From a candidate division WOR-3 bacterium (GTDB lineage: Bacteria > Hydrothermota > Tepidihabitantia > Tepidihabitantales > Tepidihabitantaceae), in contig CBFGIT010000018.1 in assembly GCA_965648905.1 (NCBI GenBank), positions 1-60,877 of the forward strand: 60,877 nt of DNA, in the 5' to 3' direction. The notes beneath the pieces are model-generated. The model was not told the DNA's origin and did no database searches. It saw only the letters and a list, made by a program, of their open reading frames with translations. Shown here piece after piece: positions 30,259-39,900 of this stretch (its first letter is position 1; each line of letters opens with the position of its first letter). Made by a program: the position numbers and the translations under genes.

Positions 30259-31116
30259 ATGAAGCGATTCATCACCAGCCTCTTAGTCGGGGCGCTCTGC
30301 CTGGGCGGCGCGCTGTCCGCGCGTGAGGTCATGGTCAAAGGTTCTGACACCATGCTCAACCTGACCCAACGCCTGGCCGAGGCCTTTGCCGCAACCCATC
30401 CGGACATCACGGTCTCGGTTGCCGGCGGCGGTTCCGGCGTCGGCATCAACGCCGTGGTCAACAACGAGGTTCACATCGGCAACGCCTCCCGCAGCATCAA
30501 GTCGAAGGAAGTCGGCAATGCCCGGGCCAATGGCGTCAACCCGGTCGAGTACGCGATTGCGGTCGACGGACTCTGTGTCATCACCAACCAGAAGAACCCG
30601 GTCAAGAAGCTGACCATCGCTCAGCTCGGCGACATCTATCGGGGCAAGATTAAGAACTGGAGCGAGGTCGGCGGTCCCAATCGACCGATTTCGCTCTATG
30701 GCCGCCAGCCCAACTCGGGTACGTTCGTCTTCTTCCGCGAGATGGCGGTCAAGGCCGATTACGCCCAGTCGATGCGCCAGATGAACGGCAATGCTCAGAT
30801 TGTCGAGGGTGTGAAGGCCGACGAGGGCGGCATCGGTTACGTCGGTGTCGGCTACGTCAAGGACGGCGGCATCAATGTACTCGAGCTGTCCGCGGACGGC
30901 GTGACCTACTCCTCGCCGCTTGACAAGAGCGCGGTCGAAAGCGGCGCCTATCCGCTTGCGCGGCCGCTGTTCCAGTATACCAACGGCAAGGCCAAGGGCG
31001 ATGCCAAGGCGTTCATCGAATTTGAACTGAGCCCGGCCGGCCAGAAGATTGTCGAAGAAGAAGGCTTCTTCCCAATCAACAAGAGCCTGGTCGAGAAGAA
31101 CAGGAAGAACCTGTAG
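30259..31116 (+). CDS. pstS: Phosphate-binding protein
   Basis: KGSDTM, GGGSGVG, NASR, RQPNSGT, YPLARPL. Confidence 0.95.
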   Translation: MKRFITSLLVGALCLGGALSAREVMVKGSDTMLNLTQRLAEAFAATHPDITVSVAGGGSGVGINAVVNNEVHIGNASRSIKSKEVGNARANGVNPVEYAIAVDGLCVITNQKNPVKKLTIAQLGDIYRGKIKNWSEVGGPNRPISLYGRQPNSGTFVFFREMAVKADYAQSMRQMNGNAQIVEGVKADEGGIGYVGVGYVKDGGINVLELSADGVTYSSPLDKSAVESGAYPLARPLFQYTNGKAKGDAKAFIEFELSPAGQKIVEEEGFFPINKSLVEKNRKNL

Positions 31117-31140
31117 CCATTCCGCTGCCTCCCGCGGTTT

Positions 31141-31169
31141 GCGAGGGGACGCCCGCCGCGTCCCCTCGC
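31141..31169 (+). other. Intercistronic stem-loop between pstS and pstC
   Basis: GCGAGGGGACGC-N5-GCGTCCCCTCGC. Confidence 0.7.
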
Positions 31170-31183
31170 TGGGGCGAAGAACA

Positions 31184-32071
31184 ATGGACCTGAGACGAAC
31201 GTCGGACCGGGCGGTACGGGCTCTCTTCATGGGCAACGCGCTCCTCTCTGCGGTCGTGCTGCTCGGGATTCTCGCCTTCCTGCTGCTCTACGGAGTCCGG
31301 ACTTTTGCCAGCACGTCGGTGCTTCGGTTCTTCACCGGCACGGTCTGGAACCCGGACGCCTATGGCGAGCCTTCCTACGGCCTGTTGCCCCTGCTGCTCG
31401 GCAGCCTCGTTACCACTGCCATCGCGCTGGTCATCGCGGTACCACTGGGGATAGCCAGTGCAGTCTTCATCTCCGAGCGGCTCAAAGGCTGGGTGCGGGT
31501 TACGGTCAAGACCCTGGTCGAGCTCTTTGCCGGCTTTCCTTCGGTCGTTATCGGCTTCTTCGGCCTGGTGGTACTTGCTCCGTTCATCGCCCGGGTGTTC
31601 AACGTCCCTTCCGGGCTCAACACGCTCAACGCCGGTCTGGTGCTCGCACTGATGTCCCTGCCGACCATCATTTCGGTCTCAGACGATGCTTTGCGGGTTG
31701 TGCCTCACTCCTACCGTGAGGCCGCCTACGCACTCGGCGCTACTTCCTGGACCACGGCGCTGCGGGTCGTGCTGCCTGCGGCGCGCTCCGGGATTATGGC
31801 CGCGGTCATGCTTGGGTTCGGGCGCGCCATCGGCGAGACCATGGCGGTCCTGATGGTCGCGGGCAACGCCCCGCTCATGCCCAGGAGCCTGTTCGACCCG
31901 GTTCGCACGATTACCTCGACCATTGCGATCGAGCTCGGCGAATCGGCCTTCGGCGACACCCACTTCTATGCCCTGTTCGCGCTCGGATTCGTGCTGTTCA
32001 TTCTCGCGCTTGCCACAAACCTCATCGCTGAGTCGCTTATCAAGCGCGAGAAGCGGAGTTTCACGCTGTGA
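31184..32071 (+). CDS. pstC: Phosphate ABC permease
   Basis: ELFAGFPSVVIG, EAAYALGAT, GRAIGETMAV. Confidence 0.95.
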   Translation: MDLRRTSDRAVRALFMGNALLSAVVLLGILAFLLLYGVRTFASTSVLRFFTGTVWNPDAYGEPSYGLLPLLLGSLVTTAIALVIAVPLGIASAVFISERLKGWVRVTVKTLVELFAGFPSVVIGFFGLVVLAPFIARVFNVPSGLNTLNAGLVLALMSLPTIISVSDDALRVVPHSYREAAYALGATSWTTALRVVLPAARSGIMAAVMLGFGRAIGETMAVLMVAGNAPLMPRSLFDPVRTITSTIAIELGESAFGDTHFYALFALGFVLFILALATNLIAESLIKREKRSFTL

Positions 32072-32982
32072 GCTCGCCATCCGGCTTTCCGGCCTGCCGC
32101 CCGGATACCTCGCGGCGCCGGCCGAGCCGCCGACGGTCCGGCGACACCGTCGGTTTCGCACTGCTGGCCCTGCCGCTGGCCCTGTTCGTGTTGTTCATCC
32201 TGTTCATGTTCTTCTACCTGTTCCGCAACGGGCTCAGCGTCATCAACTGGCAGTTCCTGACTCAGGCGCCGCTCAAAGGCATGACCGAAGGCGGTATCTG
32301 GCCCTGCATCGTCGGCACTGTGCTCGTGACGTTTGTCTCGCTCGTCTTCTCAGTCCCGGTCGGAGTCTGCGCGGCCATCTACCTGTCCGAGTACGCGCCC
32401 GCGAACTTCGCAACCCGCGCCATCCGCAGCGCCATCCGCAGCCTGGCCGGAATCCCGTCGATTGTCTATGGTCTGTTCGGAGTCGCGCTCTTCGTCACGA
32501 TGCTCAAGCTCGGGCTCTCGGTGCTCGCCTCAGGCCTGACTTTGGGACTGATGAACCTGCCCTGGATAATCACCACGGCCGAAGAAGCGATCAACGCGAT
32601 TCCCGGCTCTTTCCGCGAAGGCGCCCTGGCCCTGGGCACAACCAAGTGGGAAGCGATTCGGCACAATGTCCTGCCCTATGCGTTTCCCGGGATACTCACC
32701 GGCGTACTTCTGGCTGTAGCACGCACCCTGGGCGAAACCGCACCGATTCTCTTCACCGGCGTCACCTACTACACCCGGACCCTGCCCACCTCGCTCAAGC
32801 AGAAATTCATGGCCCTGCCCTATCACCTTTTCACCCTCTCGACCCAGCACGACCAGGTAATGGCCGTCCGGCCGATTGCCTTCGGCACCGCGATTGTCCT
32901 CCTGGTGTTTGTGCTGTTGTTCGACGCGGCTGCCTTTGTCATCCGTTTGCGGGTAGCCGGCACGAACAAATGGCAGGTATAG
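32068..32982 (+). CDS. pstA: Phosphate ABC permease
   Basis: YLSEY, LAGIPSIVYGLFG, GETAP. Confidence 0.95.
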   Translation: MSSPSGFPACRPDTSRRRPSRRRSGDTVGFALLALPLALFVLFILFMFFYLFRNGLSVINWQFLTQAPLKGMTEGGIWPCIVGTVLVTFVSLVFSVPVGVCAAIYLSEYAPANFATRAIRSAIRSLAGIPSIVYGLFGVALFVTMLKLGLSVLASGLTLGLMNLPWIITTAEEAINAIPGSFREGALALGTTKWEAIRHNVLPYAFPGILTGVLLAVARTLGETAPILFTGVTYYTRTLPTSLKQKFMALPYHLFTLSTQHDQVMAVRPIAFGTAIVLLVFVLLFDAAAFVIRLRVAGTNKWQV

Positions 32983-32991
32983 AGGAGCATC

Positions 32992-33753
32992 ATGCCTGAA
33001 ACTGACAAAATTGTCGTCGATGGTCTGAACCTCTGGTTCGGCTCGAACCACGTCCTCAAAAACGTCTGTTTCTCGATTCCGCCCAATGCCGTGACTGCAA
33101 TCATGGGCCCATCGGGCTGCGGCAAGTCGACCCTGCTGCGAACCATCAACCGGATGAACGACCTGATTCTGGGCACGCGGGTCACCGGCCGCATCCTGAT
33201 TGATGGCCAGGACATCCTGGCCGACGACTGCGATGTCATCGACCTGCGCAAACGGGTCGGCATGGTGTTCCAGAAGCCAAATCCGTTCCCCAAGTCGATC
33301 TACGAGAACATCGCTTTCGGCCCGCGCGTCCACCGCATGGGCAAAGGCAACGAAATCGCTCAGCGGGTCGAGCGCGCGCTGCGCCATGCCAATCTCTGGG
33401 AAGAGGTCAAAGACCGGCTGCACGATAACGCCTTCTCGCTTTCCGGCGGCCAGCAGCAGCGCCTGTGTACTGCCCGGTGTCTTTCAGTCGAGCCGGAAAT
33501 AGTACTTCTCGACGAGCCGGCCTCAGCTCTTGACCCGCACTCGACCGCCCGGCTCGAAGAGCTTATCCGTCAGCTCAAGCAGGACTACACCGTGGTTATC
33601 GTCACCCACAACATGCAGCAGGCCGCGCGGGTCTCTGACTTCTGTGCCTTCCTGATGCTCGGCGAACTGGTCGAGTACGACCGCACCGAGCGCATCTTCA
33701 CTAAGCCCAAAGACAAGCGCACCGAAGACTTCCTCACCGGCAAGTTCGGATGA
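32992..33753 (+). CDS. pstB: Phosphate ABC ATPase (all motifs canonical)
   Basis: [35 protein letters not shown]. Confidence 0.97.
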   Translation: MPETDKIVVDGLNLWFGSNHVLKNVCFSIPPNAVTAIMGPSGCGKSTLLRTINRMNDLILGTRVTGRILIDGQDILADDCDVIDLRKRVGMVFQKPNPFPKSIYENIAFGPRVHRMGKGNEIAQRVERALRHANLWEEVKDRLHDNAFSLSGGQQQRLCTARCLSVEPEIVLLDEPASALDPHSTARLEELIRQLKQDYTVVIVTHNMQQAARVSDFCAFLMLGELVEYDRTERIFTKPKDKRTEDFLTGKFG

Positions 33754-33850
33754 TACTACTTGCGCCGCCGCCCCAAATGTGCGATAATATTGGAGATATG
33801 ACGAACGCCGCCGCGGCCGTTGCCCGTCTGGTCGGCATCAGGAGAACCAT

Positions 33851-34522
33851 TTGACACTACTAGAAACCAAGATTGCTGAGCTGAAAGGGCAGCTCCTCAC
33901 GATGGCCGCAATTGTCGAAGACATGGTTGGCAACAGCATGAAGGCTCTGGTCAACAAGGACCAGGCCCTGGCCGAGCAGGTCATTCGCACCGACGAGCCG
34001 CGCGTAAACCAGCTCGAAATCGAGAACGAAGATGCAGCCATCAACCTGATGGCGCTCTATCAGCCCGAAGCCTCCAACCTGCGAACCATCACGATGGTCA
34101 TCAAGCTCAACAACGACCTGGAGCGCATCGGCGACCACGCCGAGAACATCGCCGAGGCCGCCCTGTTCCTGATTGACAAACCGCCAGTCAAGCCGCTCGT
34201 TGACCTGCCGCGCATGGCCGACATCGCCATCTCGATGCTCAAGGACTCGCTCGACGCGTTCACCCACGCCGACGCCGAGCTTGCCCGGTCGGTGTGTACC
34301 CGCGACTCTTCGGTCGACGAGCTGAACCGGGCCATCAAATCCGAGCTGATGGAGTACATGAGCCGCGACCCATCAACTATTGAACGGGCCCTGAAACTCC
34401 TGATGATATCTCTGAACCTCGAGCGCGTTGCCGACCTGGCAACGAACATTGCCGAGGACGTGATTTACATCGTCACCGGTGAGGATATCAAGCACGGCTC
34501 AACCGGACAGCCGGCATCGTGA
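33851..34522 (+). CDS. phoU: Phosphate signalling protein PhoU
   Basis: QPEASNLR, DLERIGDHAENIA, LERVADLATNIAE; SD AGGAG and TTG. Confidence 0.95.
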   Translation: MTLLETKIAELKGQLLTMAAIVEDMVGNSMKALVNKDQALAEQVIRTDEPRVNQLEIENEDAAINLMALYQPEASNLRTITMVIKLNNDLERIGDHAENIAEAALFLIDKPPVKPLVDLPRMADIAISMLKDSLDAFTHADAELARSVCTRDSSVDELNRAIKSELMEYMSRDPSTIERALKLLMISLNLERVADLATNIAEDVIYIVTGEDIKHGSTGQPAS

Positions 34523-35202
34523 TGGGTCGATTCATCGCGGTGGTTGACGACGAGCCGGACATTCTCGAGCTCGTCTCTCTGCACCTCGACCGGGCCGGCT
34601 ATGCGGTCCGCACTTTCCCAGACGCCGGCAGCTTCAATCGGTCTCTCACTGACCGCGTGCCCGACCTGGTTGTCCTTGACCTGATGCTGCCTGATGCCGA
34701 CGGGCTCGACCTCTGCAAGGAATTGAAGCAGGACGCGAAGACCGCGAATGTGCCGGTCATCATGCTTACTGCCCGGGGCGACGAGTTCGACCGGGTACTC
34801 GGCCTCGAACTGGGTGCTGACGACTACATCACCAAGCCGTTCTCACCCAAAGAACTGGTCGCCCGGGTCAAGGCGGTCCTCCGTCGCCATGAGAAGAGAA
34901 CTGAGACCCGAACAGTCGAACTCGGTCCGGATGCAACCATCGACCTGAACCGGTTCGAGGTTACGGTGAACGGCCGGAAGGCCGACCTGACCACCACCGA
35001 GTTCAAGATTCTCGCCATCCTTGCCGAGCGCCGCGGCTGGGTCTTTTCCCGGGACGAGATTCTCAGTCGTCTCTGGGGCACGGAGAAAGCCGTGCTCGAC
35101 CGCACGGTCGACGTCCATATCACTAACCTGCGCAAGAAGCTGAAGCGGGCCGGAAAGCTCATCAGGAACGTCCGCGGCGTCGGCTACAAGCTGACCGAGT
35201 GA
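34519..35202 (+). CDS. phoB: OmpR-family response regulator PhoB/PhoP
   Basis: VVDDE, LDLMLP, GADDYITKPF, RTVDVHI, VRGVGY; in pst-phoU operon. Confidence 0.88.
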   Translation: MMGRFIAVVDDEPDILELVSLHLDRAGYAVRTFPDAGSFNRSLTDRVPDLVVLDLMLPDADGLDLCKELKQDAKTANVPVIMLTARGDEFDRVLGLELGADDYITKPFSPKELVARVKAVLRRHEKRTETRTVELGPDATIDLNRFEVTVNGRKADLTTTEFKILAILAERRGWVFSRDEILSRLWGTEKAVLDRTVDVHITNLRKKLKRAGKLIRNVRGVGYKLTE

Positions 35203-36539
35203 GACGTTACCTTTTCGGTCTGATGGCCGGGCTGTATCTGGCCGGCCTTGCCATTCTCACGATTGTCGCGCTGACCGCGTCCCGGGCCGGAGCTGCCACC
35301 GCCGCAATTCTTCTTGCGATTACCGGGGTTGTTGTCGCCGCGCTGCTTGCCCGCTCCTACACCCGGCCGCTGCGTGACCTGACCGAGGCCTTCCGCCGCA
35401 TCAGCCAGGGCGACTTTGCCGTGCGCGTCCTGCCCCCGCGCCGCGGCACCGTCAAAGACATGGCTGACGGCTTCAACGAGATGGCCTTCCGCACCAAACA
35501 GATGATTGACCAGCTCGCCCGCCAGCGCGAAGCCCTGGACGCGGTCATCGCCTCAATCAGCGAAGGACTGATGGTCCTTGACCCGGACGGGCGCATCATT
35601 CTGACCAACGACAGCCTGCGCCGGCTGGTCGGCTCAGCTCCGGTCGACGGCCGGTACTACTGGGAGGTCATTCGCGAGTCCGCCTTCACCGAGATGGTCA
35701 AGACCGTGATGGCGAGCCACGCTGCCGCGGCCGTTGAACTCGAATACGCCGGCCGGGTCCTCAGTTGCAGTGCATCCTACCTGCCGGCCGCCGATGAAAC
35801 CGTCATCACCCTGCACGACATCACCCAGATTGCCCGAGCCGCGGAGCTGAAGCGCGAGTTCGTCGTCAGTGCCTCGCACGAACTGCGCACGCCGCTCACC
35901 GCCATCAAAGGCTATGTCGAAACCATGGAAGAGACACTCGACGATACCAATCGGCGCTACCTCGAGATCATCAAGCGCCACACCGACCGGCTGACCAACA
36001 TGGTCGCTGACCTGCTCACGCTCTCCGAACTGGAGGAGAAGGGATCGCGGCTGAGCCTCGCGCCGGTCGATGTCGCCGCTTTGGCCGCGAGCGCGCTGAG
36101 ACTTTTCGCGCGGCAGGCTCAGACCAAAGGCATCGAGCTCAGACTGGAAGCGGAACCGGGTCTGCCCGCGGTTCAGGCCGACGCGTTCAAGCTCGAACAG
36201 GTGCTCATCAACCTGCTCGACAACGCGGTCAAGTACACCGACGCCGGAGAAGTGAAGGTCTCGCTCGCCGCGTCCCTTTCAACTCCTGACCCTTCGATCC
36301 CTCGCTCGCTTGTCCTTGCCGTCTCGGATACTGGCATCGGTATTGCACCCGAGCACCTGCCGCGCGTCTTCGACCGGTTCTACGTTGTCGACAAGTCGCG
36401 CTCTCGTGCCCAGGGTGGCACCGGTCTTGGCCTTGCCATTGTCAAACACATCGTCCGACTCCACCAGGGCGACGTAACCGTCGAGTCCACGCCCGGTGCG
36501 GGCACAGTTGTCCGCGTCATCCTGCCGGTCAGCCAGTAG
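35199..36539 (+). CDS. phoR: Sensor histidine kinase PhoR (HAMP-PAS-HisKA-HATPase)
   Basis: ASHELRTPL, NLLDNAVKY, DTGIGI, GGTGLGL. Confidence 0.9.
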   Translation: MRRYLFGLMAGLYLAGLAILTIVALTASRAGAATAAILLAITGVVVAALLARSYTRPLRDLTEAFRRISQGDFAVRVLPPRRGTVKDMADGFNEMAFRTKQMIDQLARQREALDAVIASISEGLMVLDPDGRIILTNDSLRRLVGSAPVDGRYYWEVIRESAFTEMVKTVMASHAAAAVELEYAGRVLSCSASYLPAADETVITLHDITQIARAAELKREFVVSASHELRTPLTAIKGYVETMEETLDDTNRRYLEIIKRHTDRLTNMVADLLTLSELEEKGSRLSLAPVDVAALAASALRLFARQAQTKGIELRLEAEPGLPAVQADAFKLEQVLINLLDNAVKYTDAGEVKVSLAASLSTPDPSIPRSLVLAVSDTGIGIAPEHLPRVFDRFYVVDKSRSRAQGGTGLGLAIVKHIVRLHQGDVTVESTPGAGTVVRVILPVSQ

Positions 36540-36817
36540 CACACCAGCTTCTCTCCCTCCGCTTAGCCGAACTCTGACACCAACCTTATCGCCCGCTAGA
36601 CCAACAGCAGTATCCTGCTTCCGTGCTCAGCCGGACAGTGCCTTCTACCGACGGAGGCGTTGGATTGACCGGTCCGGCGGCACTGGGACGGAACCGGGCT
36701 CACGTTGCCTGTTGCGGGGGAGTAGGGTCTCCTGCCTCCCCTTCTCCCCCGCTTGCCTGCCCGCCAACCGGACCTGTCCAGCATATGGAGAACAGGCCAG
36801 GCCGTCGTCAAATCTGC

Positions 36818-36845
36818 TTGACTCTGTGACCGAGGGCGGTATTAT
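36818..36845 (+). promoter_or_regulatory. sigma70-like promoter
   Basis: TTGACT-N16-TATTAT. Confidence 0.7.
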
Positions 36846-36848
36846 TAC

Positions 36849-36950
36849 TTGTCCAGTTCCCTTTGTTGAGCCGTTAGCTCCGGACTTTCCGGGTTACGCA
36901 ACGGCAGGCCGCTGGGCGGCCGGCCGTAACAACGTAAGGCAACTGGACAA
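36849..36950 (+). ncRNA. Putative structured 5' leader RNA
   Basis: TTGTCCAGTT/AACTGGACAA enclosing GCCGTT/AACGGC, CCGGA/TCCGG and GGCCGC/GCGGCC. Confidence 0.5.
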
Positions 36951-36980
36951 AGTCATAAACACCCAAAAGGAGGCTTAGAG

Positions 36981-39900
36981 ATGACGCGAAGAACGTCACT
37001 CATATTCCTGCTCCTCGTCCTGGCCGCGGGTGCAGCCTTGGCCCAGCCGATGAGCGGGACATACTATGTGAAGAAAGGTGTCAGTCAGGCTGACACCTTC
37101 CCGTCGGTCTATGCCGCCTGCCAGGCTCTTTCGACTCGGCAGACCAGCGGCAACGTGACCATCAACATCTTCTCCGGGTACTACGACGAGGGGTACATGT
37201 ACCTCTATTACGTCAACCAATCCCGGCCCCAGGACACCATCACAATTCAGGCCCTTCCCGGCCAGGACGTGACGGTCTACTCACTATCGAGCTACGTGGT
37301 CTACTCCTACTACACCTACAACCTCAAGCTGAAGAATCTGAAGCTCATCTGCGCCAGTTCTTACGGCTTGTACATGTACTACGCCCAGGGCTGGCGGGTT
37401 GAGAACTGCCTCATCCGGGCGACCAGCTACTGTGTGTACGCGTCCTCCGGCTGCAACTACGACTCCTTCATCGGTAACGACCTGAAGGGCGGCTCGTACA
37501 CCATGTACCTGTACAACTCAAGCTACGCCTATGGCCACTACCTTGCCAACAACTTCATCTACGGCTGGACCTCCTACGGCATCTACGGCTACTACGGCTA
37601 CTACTGGAAGCTTCTTTACAACACCATCATCGGCTCCGGCTCTTACGCCCTGGCCTGGTACTATCAATACGGCGACACCCTGAAGAACAACATCCTTCAG
37701 GCCAACAGCTACGCGGTGTACCGGTACTACGGTGACAACGTGCCGGCCTACTCCAACTACAACGCCTTCTGGCTCAATGGCGGCACGACCTCCAGCCCGG
37801 TCATCTACTCTTCTACCTATGGCGCCCAGACTCTGGCCCAGTGGCAGTCGAGCTCAGGCCGAGACGGTAACTCGATCCAGCAGAACCCTCAGACCGGCGG
37901 CGTGATGAACCCGCACCTGAGGAGCACCTCGCCCTGCATCAATGCCGGTAACCCATGGCCCGGTATCACCAAGGACATCGACGGCGACACCCGAAGCACG
38001 TCTACGCCCTGCATCGGCGCAGACGAGTTCACCACAGTCGGCTCGCCGATGAGCGGCACCTACTACATCAAACTCGGCACTTCCGCGGCCGACACATTCC
38101 CGTCGTTTGAAAAGGCCAATGCCAACCTGGCGGTGCGCGGTCAAGCCGGGAACGTGACGTTTGTGGTCTTTGGCGGCATCTACAAAGAGAACATCGACCT
38201 GACCGGGCTTGAGAACGGCCCATACTGGGTCAACTACATTGCCCGCACCTCAGGCAGCCCGCCGGTCCCAGACGAAGTCATCGTGCAGGCCACCGGCTCT
38301 TACGGTATAACCCTGCGCGGTAACAAGCGCGTCCGGTTCCGCAATCTGAACCTGGTCGGCTGGACCGGATACGGGTTCTACCTCTACTACAAGTCGACAA
38401 CCACCGGCGGCGGCTGCGACACCATTGTCATCGACGGCTGCAAGGTCTCGGGTGGTTCGTATCCGATCTACGCCTATAACTACTATGGTGGTTCTGATGA
38501 CTCGATTTTCGGCTGCGAGCTGCGCGGAACCTCCTACGGCCTGTACCTGTACGGCTCATCCTCCTACCAGAACCAGCGCAACTTCATCGCCAACAATATC
38601 ATCACCGGCTGGGGTAGCTACGGCATCTACGCCTACTACCAGTACAATGCCAAGTACATCTACAACACCATCCTCGGCACCGGCTCCTATGCGGTCTACA
38701 ACTACTATCCCTACGGCGACACCTGGAAGAACAATATCCTTCAGGCCAACACCTACGCGATGTACCGGTACTACGGCGATGCCGTACCGGCCTACTCCGA
38801 CTACAATGACTTCTGGCTCAATGGCGGTTCTTCGTCCAGCCTGGTCATCTACTCAAACACCTACGGGGCTCAGACCCTGCTCCAGTGGCGGACAAGCTCG
38901 GGCCGGGACGGTAACTCGATTCAGCTCGACCCGCTGACCGGCGGTGTCATCAACCCGCACCTCCGGACCGGCTCGCCCTGCATCAATGCCGGCAACCCGT
39001 GGCCGGGTATCACCAAGGACATCGACGGCGACACCCGGTCTTCAACCACGCCCTGCATCGGCGCGGACGAGTACACGACCGTGGGCTCGCCCATGTCCGG
39101 CGTCTACACGATCAAACAGGCGGGCGGCGGCGATTTCAGGAACTTCCAGGAAGCGCTCGGCCAGCTCGCTCTGCGCGGCTTCGGCGGCAATGTCCAGTTC
39201 GATGCCTACGACGGCAACTACTTCGGTATGTTGAACTTCAACGGCGTCGGCAACGGCGCAAACCGACTGTACGTACGTGCGTATCCGGGGCAGAACGTCG
39301 TTGTAACCGCTGGCTCCAGCTACGGTATTTACCTCTACAACAATCAGCGCATCCGGATTGAAGGCATCACCTTCACCGGCTACACCTCCTACGGCTGCTA
39401 CGCAACCTCTTACTACTCCAACCAGAACACCACTGACTCTTGCGCCATCGTCGGCAACACGTTCAACGGCGCGAGTGGTATCTACCTGAACTACTGCGAC
39501 TGGGATACAATTGCCAATAACACAATCAACGCTACGTCCTCCTACGGCATCTACGTCTACGGCTACTCCGGCGCGCCCTATTCGCTGAACAACGTCATCT
39601 CCGGCAACACGATCACGGGCTGGACCTCCTACGGTATCATGGCCTACTATCAGGACTCGCTCAAGATCGTCGGTAATACCGTCAGGAGCACCGGCTCCTA
39701 TGGCATCTACCCCAACTACTGCAACCGGACACAGATTATCGGCAACATCATCGAAGCCGGGGCCTACGGCATCTACGACTATGCCGGCAGCACGACCTAC
39801 GGCAACAAGGAAGTCTTCGCCAACAACCTCTGCCGTGGCGGTTCGTTCGGACTCTACACCTACTACCTCACCGGTGCCAAGATCATCAACAACAGCTTCT

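Noticed and set aside
37545..39101. DGR template/variable repeat pair
   Set aside because: Both copies are in frame in one gene, differences are not adenine-restricted, and no reverse transcriptase is in the window
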